64,000 bases of DNA, from NCBI GenBank assembly GCA_964404025.1, contig CAYOIJ010000003.1, forward strand, positions 10,727 to 74,726. The letters are read 5' to 3'. This document shows, in pieces, positions 32,053-40,558 of the stretch. Made by a program: the position numbers and the translations under genes. The notes below the pieces were generated by a model, which was given only the letters and a program-made list of their open reading frames with translations, made no database searches and had not been told where the DNA came from. How positions within the stretch are numbered: the stretch's first letter is position 1; every line of letters begins with the position of its first letter. The stretch comes from an uncultured Pseudomonadales bacterium. Lineage in GTDB: Bacteria; Patescibacteriota; Microgenomatia; UBA1400; PJMF01.

Positions 32053-32090
32053 AAGTTTTTTCGATTATTCTTACTAAAAAAATGTAATTC

Positions 32091-35000
32091 CTAATCCTCA
32101 TCCTTTCCGTCTTCTTCAATTATTGCTTCATCTTCAGTGCTTTCTTCAAGATCATCTTCAGCATCATCTTCTTGTTCAATATTGTCTTCATTAGGTTCAT
32201 CTTCATCACTATTTGCCTCAGCATCTTCTTTGGCATCAGCTTCTTCAGACTCTAAATCTTCCAAGATTAACAATTCTTCTTGATCTTTTTCAGCGGCTGG
32301 TTCTTCACTGCTAAGCACCACTTCTTCAAGAGGATTAATATTCAGTGCTAAGGAATTTAACTCTTTGCACAAAACTTTAAATGATTCTGGAACTGTAGGT
32401 GCTGGAATTTCTTCGCCTTTAACAATAGCCTCAAAGGCTTTAGCTCTACCACGCACATCATCTGATTTAATAGTCAACATTTCTTGTAACACATGGGCAG
32501 CTCGGTGTGCTTGTAGTGCCCAAACCTCCATTTCACCCATTCTCTGACCACCCATTTGAGCTTTACCTCCCAGTGGTTGTTGAGTCACTAAAGAGTAAGG
32601 ACCAGTTGAACGAGCGTGAATTTTATCCTCAACCATATGGCTAAGTTTTAAAATATAGTTAATTCCAACTACTGATTTTTCATGATAAGCCTCACCAGTT
32701 AATCCGTTATAAAGTTGAGCCTTACCAGAAACAGGTAGGCCTGCTTTTTCTAGTTCTTGCCAAATTTTATCTTCATCAAATGCTTCAAAAGCTGGTGTGG
32801 CAACACTATAACCCAATTTATCTGCCGCCCAACCTAAATGAGCCTCCAATAATTGACCAAGATTCATACGGGCTAAAACTGATAATGGTGAAACAATAAT
32901 ATCCACTGGAGTGCCATCTTCTAAATGGGGCATATCCGCTTGTGGTACTATTTTGGAAATTACACCCTTATTGCCATGACGACCGGCTAATTTATCTCCT
33001 ACAACAATTTTTCTTAACTGAGCAACTTTGACTATTACTTCTTTGATGGTGCCAGGATCTAATTCATCCCCCAAATCACGATCTAAAATTTGCACATCAA
33101 TTACAGTTCCTTCTTCTCCGTGAGGCATACGTAAAGAAGTGTCTCGAATTTCTTTTGATTTTTCACCAAAAATAGCTCTCAATAAACGTTCCTCTGGAGA
33201 AAGCTCCGTTTCACCTTTGGGAGCTACTTTACCTACTAAAATATCTCCTGATTTAACATGGCTACCGACCTGAATGATGCCATCAATATTTAAATTGGCC
33301 AAAAAAGTTTCACTAACATTTGGAATATCATTAGTTAACTCTTCAGGACCTAAACGAGTATCCATAACCTTGGCTTTATGTTCGCTAATTTGGATAGAAC
33401 TAAGGGTATCTTCTTTGACTAAGCGGTCAGAAATAATAATAGCATCTTCATAACCTAAGCCATTATATGAGGTGTAAGCTATTAATAAATTGGTACCTAG
33501 GGCTAATTCCCCTTTTTCAGTAGCTGGTCCATCAATCAATACATCACCCTTTTTCAACTTATCTCCAACTTTAACTTCAGGAGTTTGATTGTAACAAGTG
33601 CTTTGGGCAGTGCGAACAAATTTGTTTAGAGTATAAACAAGAGTTCCTTGCTGATAACTAACATGTTCATCTTTATTTGTTTCAACCCAGTTCTTTGCTT
33701 TATCATAATATTTTGGATCAATCTTTAAGACTATTTCACTAGCGTCAACACTTTGAACTTCTCCAGGAAATTCTGCTAACACTGTCCAACCCATAGCAGA
33801 CGCTATTTCTTTTTCCATACCTGTACCGATAATAGGCGCCTGAGTTTTAAGCAAAGGAACAGCCTGGCATTGCATATGAGAACCCATTAAAGCTCGGTTG
33901 GCTTCATCATGAGCAATAAAAGGAATAAGTGAAGCGCTGCTACCCACCACTTGACGGGGCACCACATCAATATATTCAACTTTTTTCACTGAACCCTCAA
34001 TAAATTCATTAGCATGACGCATTGGGATCCAATCTTGAACAATATATCCCTTATCATCAATCTTTACTCCAGCGTGAGTAATGTAATAATCTTCTTCTTC
34101 ATCGGCACTTAAATAAACAATTTCATCAGTAATTTTCATTTTTCCTCGAAAGTCAGTTACCTTAAAGTAAGGGGCTTCCAAAAATCCATATTTATTAACT
34201 CTGGTATAAAGCGCTAAATAAGTAACCAAACCAATGTTTGGTCCTTCAGGAGAACGAATTGGACAGATTCTAGAATATTGAGAAGCATTAATATCACGCA
34301 TAGAAAATGATGCGCGATCACGAGTCACTCCACCTGTTCCCATTACCGATAAACGACGTAAATTATCAATTTCCGATAAAGGATTTGTTTGGTCTAAAAT
34401 AGTTGACAAACGATTACGACGGAAAAATTCAGCAATTGAAGCAATTAGGGGTCGAGCGTTAACTAAAGCCGAAGGAGTTAAAACCTCATCAGTTTTAGTC
34501 AAAGACATTTTTTCACGAATTGAGCGCTCTAAACGAATTAAGCCAATACGAAAAGCACTAATCAAGACTAATTCTCCAACCTGACGAACTCGACGATTAG
34601 ATAAATGATCTATGTCATCAACCTTACCTTCTCCATTTTGTAATTTAATTAAATATTTAATACTAGCCAAAACATCATCTTTAGCTAAAACAGTTAATTT
34701 ATCGTCCATTTTAATACCTAAGCGACGATTCATCTTGTAACGACCCACTTCACCTAAATCATAACGGCGTGGATCAAAAAACATATTTTTTAAAAATTCA
34801 CGAGCAGTTTCAAGTACTGCTGGCTCTCCTGGCCTCATTTTTTCGTAAACCTCAATCAAAGCTTCTGCTTGATTAGTTGTTGAATCTTTCCTGAGAGTGT
34901 TGTTGATTAAATCTAATTTATCTTGTTCTAATGTTTCTCCCAAGGCTTGAGCAATATCTTCATTACTTTCCCAACCCAAGGCTCGAAGAAGTACAGTGGC

Positions 35001-35567
35001 AGGCATCTTACGTCGACGATCAATTTTAATTGTCAAAACATGACGACGGCTAACGTTAATTTCCAACCAAGAACCTCGCATGGGTCGTAATTCTGCTTTA
35101 TAAAGAAGTTCTTTAGAACTTTGGTCTTCTTCTCCAGAGAAAAATACTCCTGGAGAGCGGACCAATTGTGTTACAATTCCCCGTTCGATACCATTGATAA
35201 TAAAGGTGCCAGTACTAGTCATGGCTGGAATATCACCCAAAAATACTTCCTGAGTTCTCTCTTCACCAGTCTTTTTATTCAAAAGAGTTGCCTCAACATA
35301 GAGAGGTTGATCATAAGAAACATTTTTATTTTTAGCTTCAGTGGGAGTATATTTAGCTTGACCAAAACGATATTGACCAAATTTTAAAGACCAGTTTTTA
35401 CCGGTAAAATCTTCAATGCCATTGTCAGAATTAATTTCTTTTAGTGATTCTTTAATACCATTATTTAAAAAATCTTGATAACTATTGATTTGTAGGGCAA
35501 TTAAATCTAATTTAGGTAAAATCTCATGATTTTGTCCCCAGTTCTGACGATTCATTGTTTGTGGCAT
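32091..35567 (-). CDS. rpoB: DNA-directed RNA polymerase subunit beta, with an acidic C-terminal tail
   Basis: It is 1158 aa of RpoB sequence throughout. The C-terminus is an extremely acidic ~90-aa tail (EEADAKEDAEANSDEDEPNEDNIEQEDDAEDD...). Confidence 0.95.
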   Translation of the reverse strand: MPQTMNRQNWGQNHEILPKLDLIALQINSYQDFLNNGIKESLKEINSDNGIEDFTGKNWSLKFGQYRFGQAKYTPTEAKNKNVSYDQPLYVEATLLNKKTGEERTQEVFLGDIPAMTSTGTFIINGIERGIVTQLVRSPGVFFSGEEDQSSKELLYKAELRPMRGSWLEINVSRRHVLTIKIDRRRKMPATVLLRALGWESNEDIAQALGETLEQDKLDLINNTLRKDSTTNQAEALIEVYEKMRPGEPAVLETAREFLKNMFFDPRRYDLGEVGRYKMNRRLGIKMDDKLTVLAKDDVLASIKYLIKLQNGEGKVDDIDHLSNRRVRQVGELVLISAFRIGLIRLERSIREKMSLTKTDEVLTPSALVNARPLIASIAEFFRRNRLSTILDQTNPLSEIDNLRRLSVMGTGGVTRDRASFSMRDINASQYSRICPIRSPEGPNIGLVTYLALYTRVNKYGFLEAPYFKVTDFRGKMKITDEIVYLSADEEEDYYITHAGVKIDDKGYIVQDWIPMRHANEFIEGSVKKVEYIDVVPRQVVGSSASLIPFIAHDEANRALMGSHMQCQAVPLLKTQAPIIGTGMEKEIASAMGWTVLAEFPGEVQSVDASEIVLKIDPKYYDKAKNWVETNKDEHVSYQQGTLVYTLNKFVRTAQSTCYNQTPEVKVGDKLKKGDVLIDGPATEKGELALGTNLLIAYTSYNGLGYEDAIIISDRLVKEDTLSSIQISEHKAKVMDTRLGPEELTNDIPNVSETFLANLNIDGIIQVGSHVKSGDILVGKVAPKGETELSPEERLLRAIFGEKSKEIRDTSLRMPHGEEGTVIDVQILDRDLGDELDPGTIKEVIVKVAQLRKIVVGDKLAGRHGNKGVISKIVPQADMPHLEDGTPVDIIVSPLSVLARMNLGQLLEAHLGWAADKLGYSVATPAFEAFDEDKIWQELEKAGLPVSGKAQLYNGLTGEAYHEKSVVGINYILKLSHMVEDKIHARSTGPYSLVTQQPLGGKAQMGGQRMGEMEVWALQAHRAAHVLQEMLTIKSDDVRGRAKAFEAIVKGEEIPAPTVPESFKVLCKELNSLALNINPLEEVVLSSEEPAAEKDQEELLILEDLESEEADAKEDAEANSDEDEPNEDNIEQEDDAEDDLEESTEDEAIIEEDGKDED

Positions 35568-35828
35568 GAAAGTCCTTGCTAAATTCTTTTATTTATTTAA
35601 TTTTTTATTTAATAACTAAAATGTGTTTTAATTTGTCATTCAGATGTTTTAAGATAAGAGCAATAGTAAAAAACACAGCCAAAGTTTCTGATTACTTGCT
35701 GTGGTGAACTCAATTAATTTTTTGTTGTGTTCTTAGAACAAAGTTCACGAATTAATTCTGCTACTTGCTATTGGTTCGGGCTAAAAGTCTCTTTTTAGAC
35801 AATCGCACATTCTAACAGTAAACCAGGA

Positions 35829-36824
35829 TCAACGCAAGTATTGATTTACATTAGCATTGTGACCCTCAAGAGTCTCTGCTATATGAATTTTACCAGATAA
35901 ATCATGGATATAATAAAAGGCGCTTGTTGATTGGGGCGTAAGTACAGCTTCAATCGCTGTCAAACCAGGATTACAAATTGGTGAGGGAGGTAAACCAATC
36001 TTTTGGTAGGTATTAAAAGGCGAATCTAAATTTTTATCTGCTGCAGTGGGAGTGGGCCACCAGTTTTGTTCAGCACTACTATAAGCTTTTATATATTGAA
36101 GCGTTGCATCAACCTGTAGGGGCATTCCAATATCTAATCGATTGAATAAAATACCAGCAATTAGTGGCATCTCAGCATCATTAGCACTTTCTCTTTGCAC
36201 CAAAGAAGCGAGGGTCAAAATTTGCTTTAAGCTTAATTCGCTATTATTGATATCATCATCTAAAACTAGAAGTACTTTATTTTCAAAAGTGTTGTGTAAA
36301 AGATTAAGCAAAGCCTCAGCACTAATACTTTTTGATACTAAATAGGTGTCTGGAAACAATTGTCCCTCTAAGCCACTGCTTAGCTTAAGAAAATTTTCCT
36401 CATCAAAAGCATTTAGGTCTTGTTTAGATAAGCTTGTCGCTATTTCTTCACGCCGCCAACCTTCTGGAATAGTAATCCATAAATCATCAGTTCCTTTAGT
36501 TAAAGATTGAGCCAACTCCCAAGTTGATGAGCTTGGTGAAAGCTTGAATGAGCCTGCTTGAATTTTATTTTGTAAGCCTCTTTGGTAAACCACTCCACGG
36601 AAAACTAAGCCAGAACGAACTAAACCTGCCTGGCGAAGCCGTTGAGCAATTTGCTGAGTTGCCTGTCCCTTGGGAACGACAAAGGTGATAGTTGTTCGAT
36701 CACTGCTGTCCACTGGTCTTAATAAAGATAATACAGTTACAGAGACGGAAATAGAAATAAGCAAAACAGCAAGTAAAATAACTCTAACAAATTTGAAATT
36801 TTTTTTAGAACTTGGGAGTGGCAT
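35829..36824 (-). CDS. mltG: endolytic murein transglycosylase MltG/YceG family
   Basis: It has an N-terminal TM anchor and YceG-like sequence (...GLPPSPICNPGLTAIEAVL...). It shows the conserved alaS-ruvX-mltG neighbourhood. Confidence 0.8.
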   Translation of the reverse strand: MPLPSSKKNFKFVRVILLAVLLISISVSVTVLSLLRPVDSSDRTTITFVVPKGQATQQIAQRLRQAGLVRSGLVFRGVVYQRGLQNKIQAGSFKLSPSSSTWELAQSLTKGTDDLWITIPEGWRREEIATSLSKQDLNAFDEENFLKLSSGLEGQLFPDTYLVSKSISAEALLNLLHNTFENKVLLVLDDDINNSELSLKQILTLASLVQRESANDAEMPLIAGILFNRLDIGMPLQVDATLQYIKAYSSAEQNWWPTPTAADKNLDSPFNTYQKIGLPPSPICNPGLTAIEAVLTPQSTSAFYYIHDLSGKIHIAETLEGHNANVNQYLR

Positions 36825-36843
36825 AATAATGAAGAATCCTAGT

Positions 36844-37245
36844 CTAGCATAAATCTAAATAGTTTTCGAGAATAAGTGCAGCAGCATAATGATCAATGGC
36901 TTGGCGTCTATTTTTTTTTGGCAGGTCTTTAAGCTTTTCTTCAACCTCATAAGATGAAAGCGTTTCGTCTGCCATAACAATCTCAACATCCAATAAAGAT
37001 TTTAGATAATTAAAAAACTTTATCGTTTGCTCTGCCATCTTAGATTCAGAAAGCCCAATAACAATTTTCTCTACTTTTTCTTTTTGGATAACTGCCTGTA
37101 TTTCTTCGAGAGCTCGAGGACCAATAGGCAATTCATGACCGAGCAAATCATTTTTTATTACTTTGAGAGGTTCAACTAAACCCACAAAAGAAATAGCTAA
37201 GCCAATCCTTGCTAAACCATAATCAATTGCTAAAATTGTTGGCAT
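36844..37245 (-). CDS. ruvX: putative pre-16S rRNA nuclease / Holliday-junction-resolvase-like YqgF (RuvX)
   Basis: MPTILAIDYGLARIGLAIS, a RuvC-like fold with an N-terminal catalytic Asp; 133 aa. Confidence 0.8.
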   Translation of the reverse strand: MPTILAIDYGLARIGLAISFVGLVEPLKVIKNDLLGHELPIGPRALEEIQAVIQKEKVEKIVIGLSESKMAEQTIKFFNYLKSLLDVEIVMADETLSSYEVEEKLKDLPKKNRRQAIDHYAAALILENYLDLC

Positions 37246-37260
37246 TTCTACTAGATTATA

Positions 37261-38217
37261 CTAGTCTTTTATTAATTGTGCTGTTACTACCCCGCGACGT
37301 AAAGTAGTCCCCTCAGGAGTACAAGTCACTAACTTCAACTGACGCACATCGTAGCGTTGAGCTAAAATAAAGGTGTCATCTGGCTTAACCTCTGTCTTGC
37401 TTTGCACAATGTAAGTATATTTAACATTATCATGAGTTAAATATATTTTTTCTCCTCTTTCCAGCAACATAATTTTGCTAAAAATAGAAGTATAGCGACG
37501 AGGGTTATTTTCACTAGGATTGTAGAATTGACGCAAAACAGAATGGCCAAAAAGCACTGGTGAACCCAATTGTCCTGGTAGACCAGTACCAGGATAATGA
37601 ATTAAGCTCTGGTTAAGATCTGTGCCTCCAACCCTTACTTTCGCATTAGTAATATTTAAACTAGGAATATCTAAAGTATATTCAATAAATTCACTTTTAT
37701 TTAATTCTGGAACATCGAGCTCACTACTAAACCAATTACTTAAGTCAGTAAAATCAAGAGCCTGATCTAAAATGACTGGTCCATTTTCAGCACTCTTATT
37801 TGCCTGGCTTTCTTCAAGATCGACCTGAGCTTGAGCGGAAATAAGAGGCGTACTAAGTAATAATTGGGAGTGTGGAACCGGGGACAATAAGGCTAATTTT
37901 TCTTGTTTATTCCAGGGTAAATAATATTCTATCAGAGGCCAAAGCGCAGATAAGGCTAGAACTAAGCCAAAAGCTATTAATGCCAAAGGTAATAAAGTTG
38001 CCCCAAATCTAATTCTTCTTGGCAAACGTCGCCAAAAATTTAATTTAATTTGTTTGTCCAAAACCTGTTCTTCTTTACGACTAACAACGTCTTGTTTTAA
38101 AAAATAATTAACTTTTTTATTCAAATCTTGAATAGCCACCCCTTCCTTGAGAGCTTGACGGTAAAGCTTTAGAATTTGCTTTTTTTGCAGAGATGGTTGG
38201 GAATCTTTTTTGGCCAT
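37261..38217 (-). CDS. sortase-family transpeptidase (membrane-anchored)
   Basis: It has one TM helix. The catalytic His is in LFGHSVL, the catalytic Cys is in the TLxTC-like LKLVTCTPEG, and Arg follows (RRGVV). It lies 5 nt downstream of the 747-aa gene. Confidence 0.75.
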   Translation of the reverse strand: MAKKDSQPSLQKKQILKLYRQALKEGVAIQDLNKKVNYFLKQDVVSRKEEQVLDKQIKLNFWRRLPRRIRFGATLLPLALIAFGLVLALSALWPLIEYYLPWNKQEKLALLSPVPHSQLLLSTPLISAQAQVDLEESQANKSAENGPVILDQALDFTDLSNWFSSELDVPELNKSEFIEYTLDIPSLNITNAKVRVGGTDLNQSLIHYPGTGLPGQLGSPVLFGHSVLRQFYNPSENNPRRYTSIFSKIMLLERGEKIYLTHDNVKYTYIVQSKTEVKPDDTFILAQRYDVRQLKLVTCTPEGTTLRRGVVTAQLIKD

Positions 38218-38222
38218 AGGAA

Positions 38223-40466
38223 TTAATTAATAACAAAATTAAAACGAGCAGTGTTTTTTGGTAACTTTTGCACTAGCTTGGACAAAAATTCTGGTTGATA
38301 TACTATTTCTGCTTTGCTTATTAATTCTTGGTCTTCTAGATTATTTTCTGCTTCTTCAATGCTCTTGCCAACTAATAAGTCTGTCAACGACTCTTCATCA
38401 ATATTTGCTCTAGATTTAGCTGATAACTCTGTACTTAAAATTAAACGATTACTGTCATCTTCAGTCGGAACAGCTCGATCGCTTAGTAGTGATGGCTCTT
38501 CATCAACAAATTCATAATTTTCTGGCAGATCCATAAGCAAAACTGCTCGCGCCAACTGTTTCAAGTCACTAGATAAATATTTGACGGCCTCAACTTCTAA
38601 ATTCATTTTTAAAGAAAGAGTTTCCACCTCGTCTCCCTCTTCGTGATCATATTCAAAAAAAGTAATACGACTCTTATCACTTGCTACAAAATAAACACCA
38701 TCTCTAGACTCTTCAGCAAACTCATCTTTAGCAATTTCGTTTAAACTTGTTCTTAATTGACTCAGTAAATTTTCTAAATCCTCTTTGGAAACCACTCTCA
38801 CCTCTCTACTAGAACCACCAGAAAAATTTTCAAGAGCAGTAGCTGAATAGGTATCTTCACTAAAATCTGCAACTTTTAATTTACTATCTTTTTCAATATT
38901 GGCGTCTGCTCCTATGTCTTTAGCAACCACCATCGCTTCTTTACTCCCATAATTCATTCCAGCACCACCCTCTTCTTCTTCAGCAGCAGCTACTATTACT
39001 TCTTCCTCAAATTCAAACAAAACACCCTCGTGCTCCAAAGTTGTACTAGCAGCAAAAGTTTTTTCACTAGAAGTCTTATTAAATAATTTAATCTTTCCCT
39101 TAGCTTTTTCTCCTACTAAACTAATACCAGTTGTACTTAAGCTGTCTTCACCGCTAATTTCTTTTTTTACTAATGACGCTTTGAGTAAATTTTTATTATA
39201 ATCAGATTCTGCTAGTTGAGGATCAAGAATGATATCGAGATTTTTTTGCAGTATTTGTTCGTCCGCTTTAATTCTGACTGTTATATTCGATAAGAAAAAA
39301 CTAAAAATAAGTAGAATAATCGTTAGAGCTAATAGACCGCTGCTAACTCCAATTATTAATGATTTACGATTTTTTCTTAAAAAACGAGCTAAAGGAGTCA
39401 TTTTTTTTATTTTTTCTGGGTTTTTTGTTAATACGGGTTTAACAACTTGATGATTTACTTGATCGGGATTAAATTCTTTCAATTCTTCAGATTTAAAATC
39501 AGTGAATTGAGCTCTATTATTCTCTTCATCCGCCTTGACTTTATCAGAAGCGAAATCAATACCAAAACTACTAATTTTTTGCTCTTCACTCTTTACCTCA
39601 ACTTCATTTGCTAAATTATTTTCCAGATCAGTACCTTTTTCAACACCATGAACTATGCTTAAATCCTGATCAAGTTTAGATCTGAAGTCAGTTGATAGCA
39701 TATGACTGGCTGCTAAACTTAGAGACTTAATTAAAAAGTCTATTTCTAAAACTACAAATTGTGGTGCTTGTAAAAAACCACTGACTTTTGTCCAATCAAA
39801 GGCTTGCAGTTGTGACTGCTCCTTTTTTAAAGATTTTTGACTAAGATTTAATGAGGTCAGAAAAAGTTTGTTGGGAAAATATTTGCCCTGTTCTCCTAGC
39901 TCTTGGCTAACTCTTGCTAAACCCTCTTGTAAATCGTCAGTCAATTTTGCTGATCTACCAACTCGAAGATTAAGTAATAATTGACCATGTTTAATCAAAA
40001 TTAAATCAAAATCTCGCTCACGCAAATAGATAGTGAGGGAAGAGTCACGAGGATCATTAATAATCCGAGATCTATGAATTCCCTCACTTACACTCATTTG
40101 TCCCAAAGCAGATAGGCTTAAACTTTCTGATAATTCTTGAACTATGACTTTTTTACTATCTAATAATTCACCATCTTTCAACCAAGACTCATCAAAAATA
40201 AAAACACAATCTGCTACTTCGTCTGCTAATAATCCCAAGTCTTGTAGTGACTGGTCGAGTTGAATTAACAAATCTTGACGATCAAAATAAGTTTTAATTG
40301 CAGAATACTCTTTAATTTCTTGCTTCTTATTAACTAAAGCGCTCTGCAACTCTTGATCACTTAAAATGATAGAAATAAATAATTCCTCATGATTAAGGTT
40401 CTCAGTTAGATCATGATGCTTCTTTTCTTTTTTTCTCTGAGTAAATTTTTTCAATAAATTGGGCAT
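38223..40466 (-). CDS. uncharacterised 747-aa bitopic membrane protein. It has a ~370-aa cytoplasmic N-domain, one TM helix, and a ~350-aa acidic extracytoplasmic C-domain. It is the first gene of the sortase operon.
   Basis: The single hydrophobic segment is LIIGVSSGLLALTIILLIFSFFL at ~aa 372-394, after a basic stretch KNRKS. The N-domain has a weak actin-fold/PilM-FtsA-like feel (LILIKHGQLLLNLRVGRSAKLTDDLQEGLARV), but no recognisable motif could be confirmed by eye. Confidence 0.5.
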   Translation of the reverse strand: MPNLLKKFTQRKKEKKHHDLTENLNHEELFISIILSDQELQSALVNKKQEIKEYSAIKTYFDRQDLLIQLDQSLQDLGLLADEVADCVFIFDESWLKDGELLDSKKVIVQELSESLSLSALGQMSVSEGIHRSRIINDPRDSSLTIYLRERDFDLILIKHGQLLLNLRVGRSAKLTDDLQEGLARVSQELGEQGKYFPNKLFLTSLNLSQKSLKKEQSQLQAFDWTKVSGFLQAPQFVVLEIDFLIKSLSLAASHMLSTDFRSKLDQDLSIVHGVEKGTDLENNLANEVEVKSEEQKISSFGIDFASDKVKADEENNRAQFTDFKSEELKEFNPDQVNHQVVKPVLTKNPEKIKKMTPLARFLRKNRKSLIIGVSSGLLALTIILLIFSFFLSNITVRIKADEQILQKNLDIILDPQLAESDYNKNLLKASLVKKEISGEDSLSTTGISLVGEKAKGKIKLFNKTSSEKTFAASTTLEHEGVLFEFEEEVIVAAAEEEEGGAGMNYGSKEAMVVAKDIGADANIEKDSKLKVADFSEDTYSATALENFSGGSSREVRVVSKEDLENLLSQLRTSLNEIAKDEFAEESRDGVYFVASDKSRITFFEYDHEEGDEVETLSLKMNLEVEAVKYLSSDLKQLARAVLLMDLPENYEFVDEEPSLLSDRAVPTEDDSNRLILSTELSAKSRANIDEESLTDLLVGKSIEEAENNLEDQELISKAEIVYQPEFLSKLVQKLPKNTARFNFVIN

Positions 40467-40558
40467 ATTTTTTGAATAGTAAAAGACTGGGTTAAATTAA
40501 ACCCTCACTTATATTAAAGCAGAGTTTCAGTTAATTTTGAAGAACTGAGTGCTTGTTA

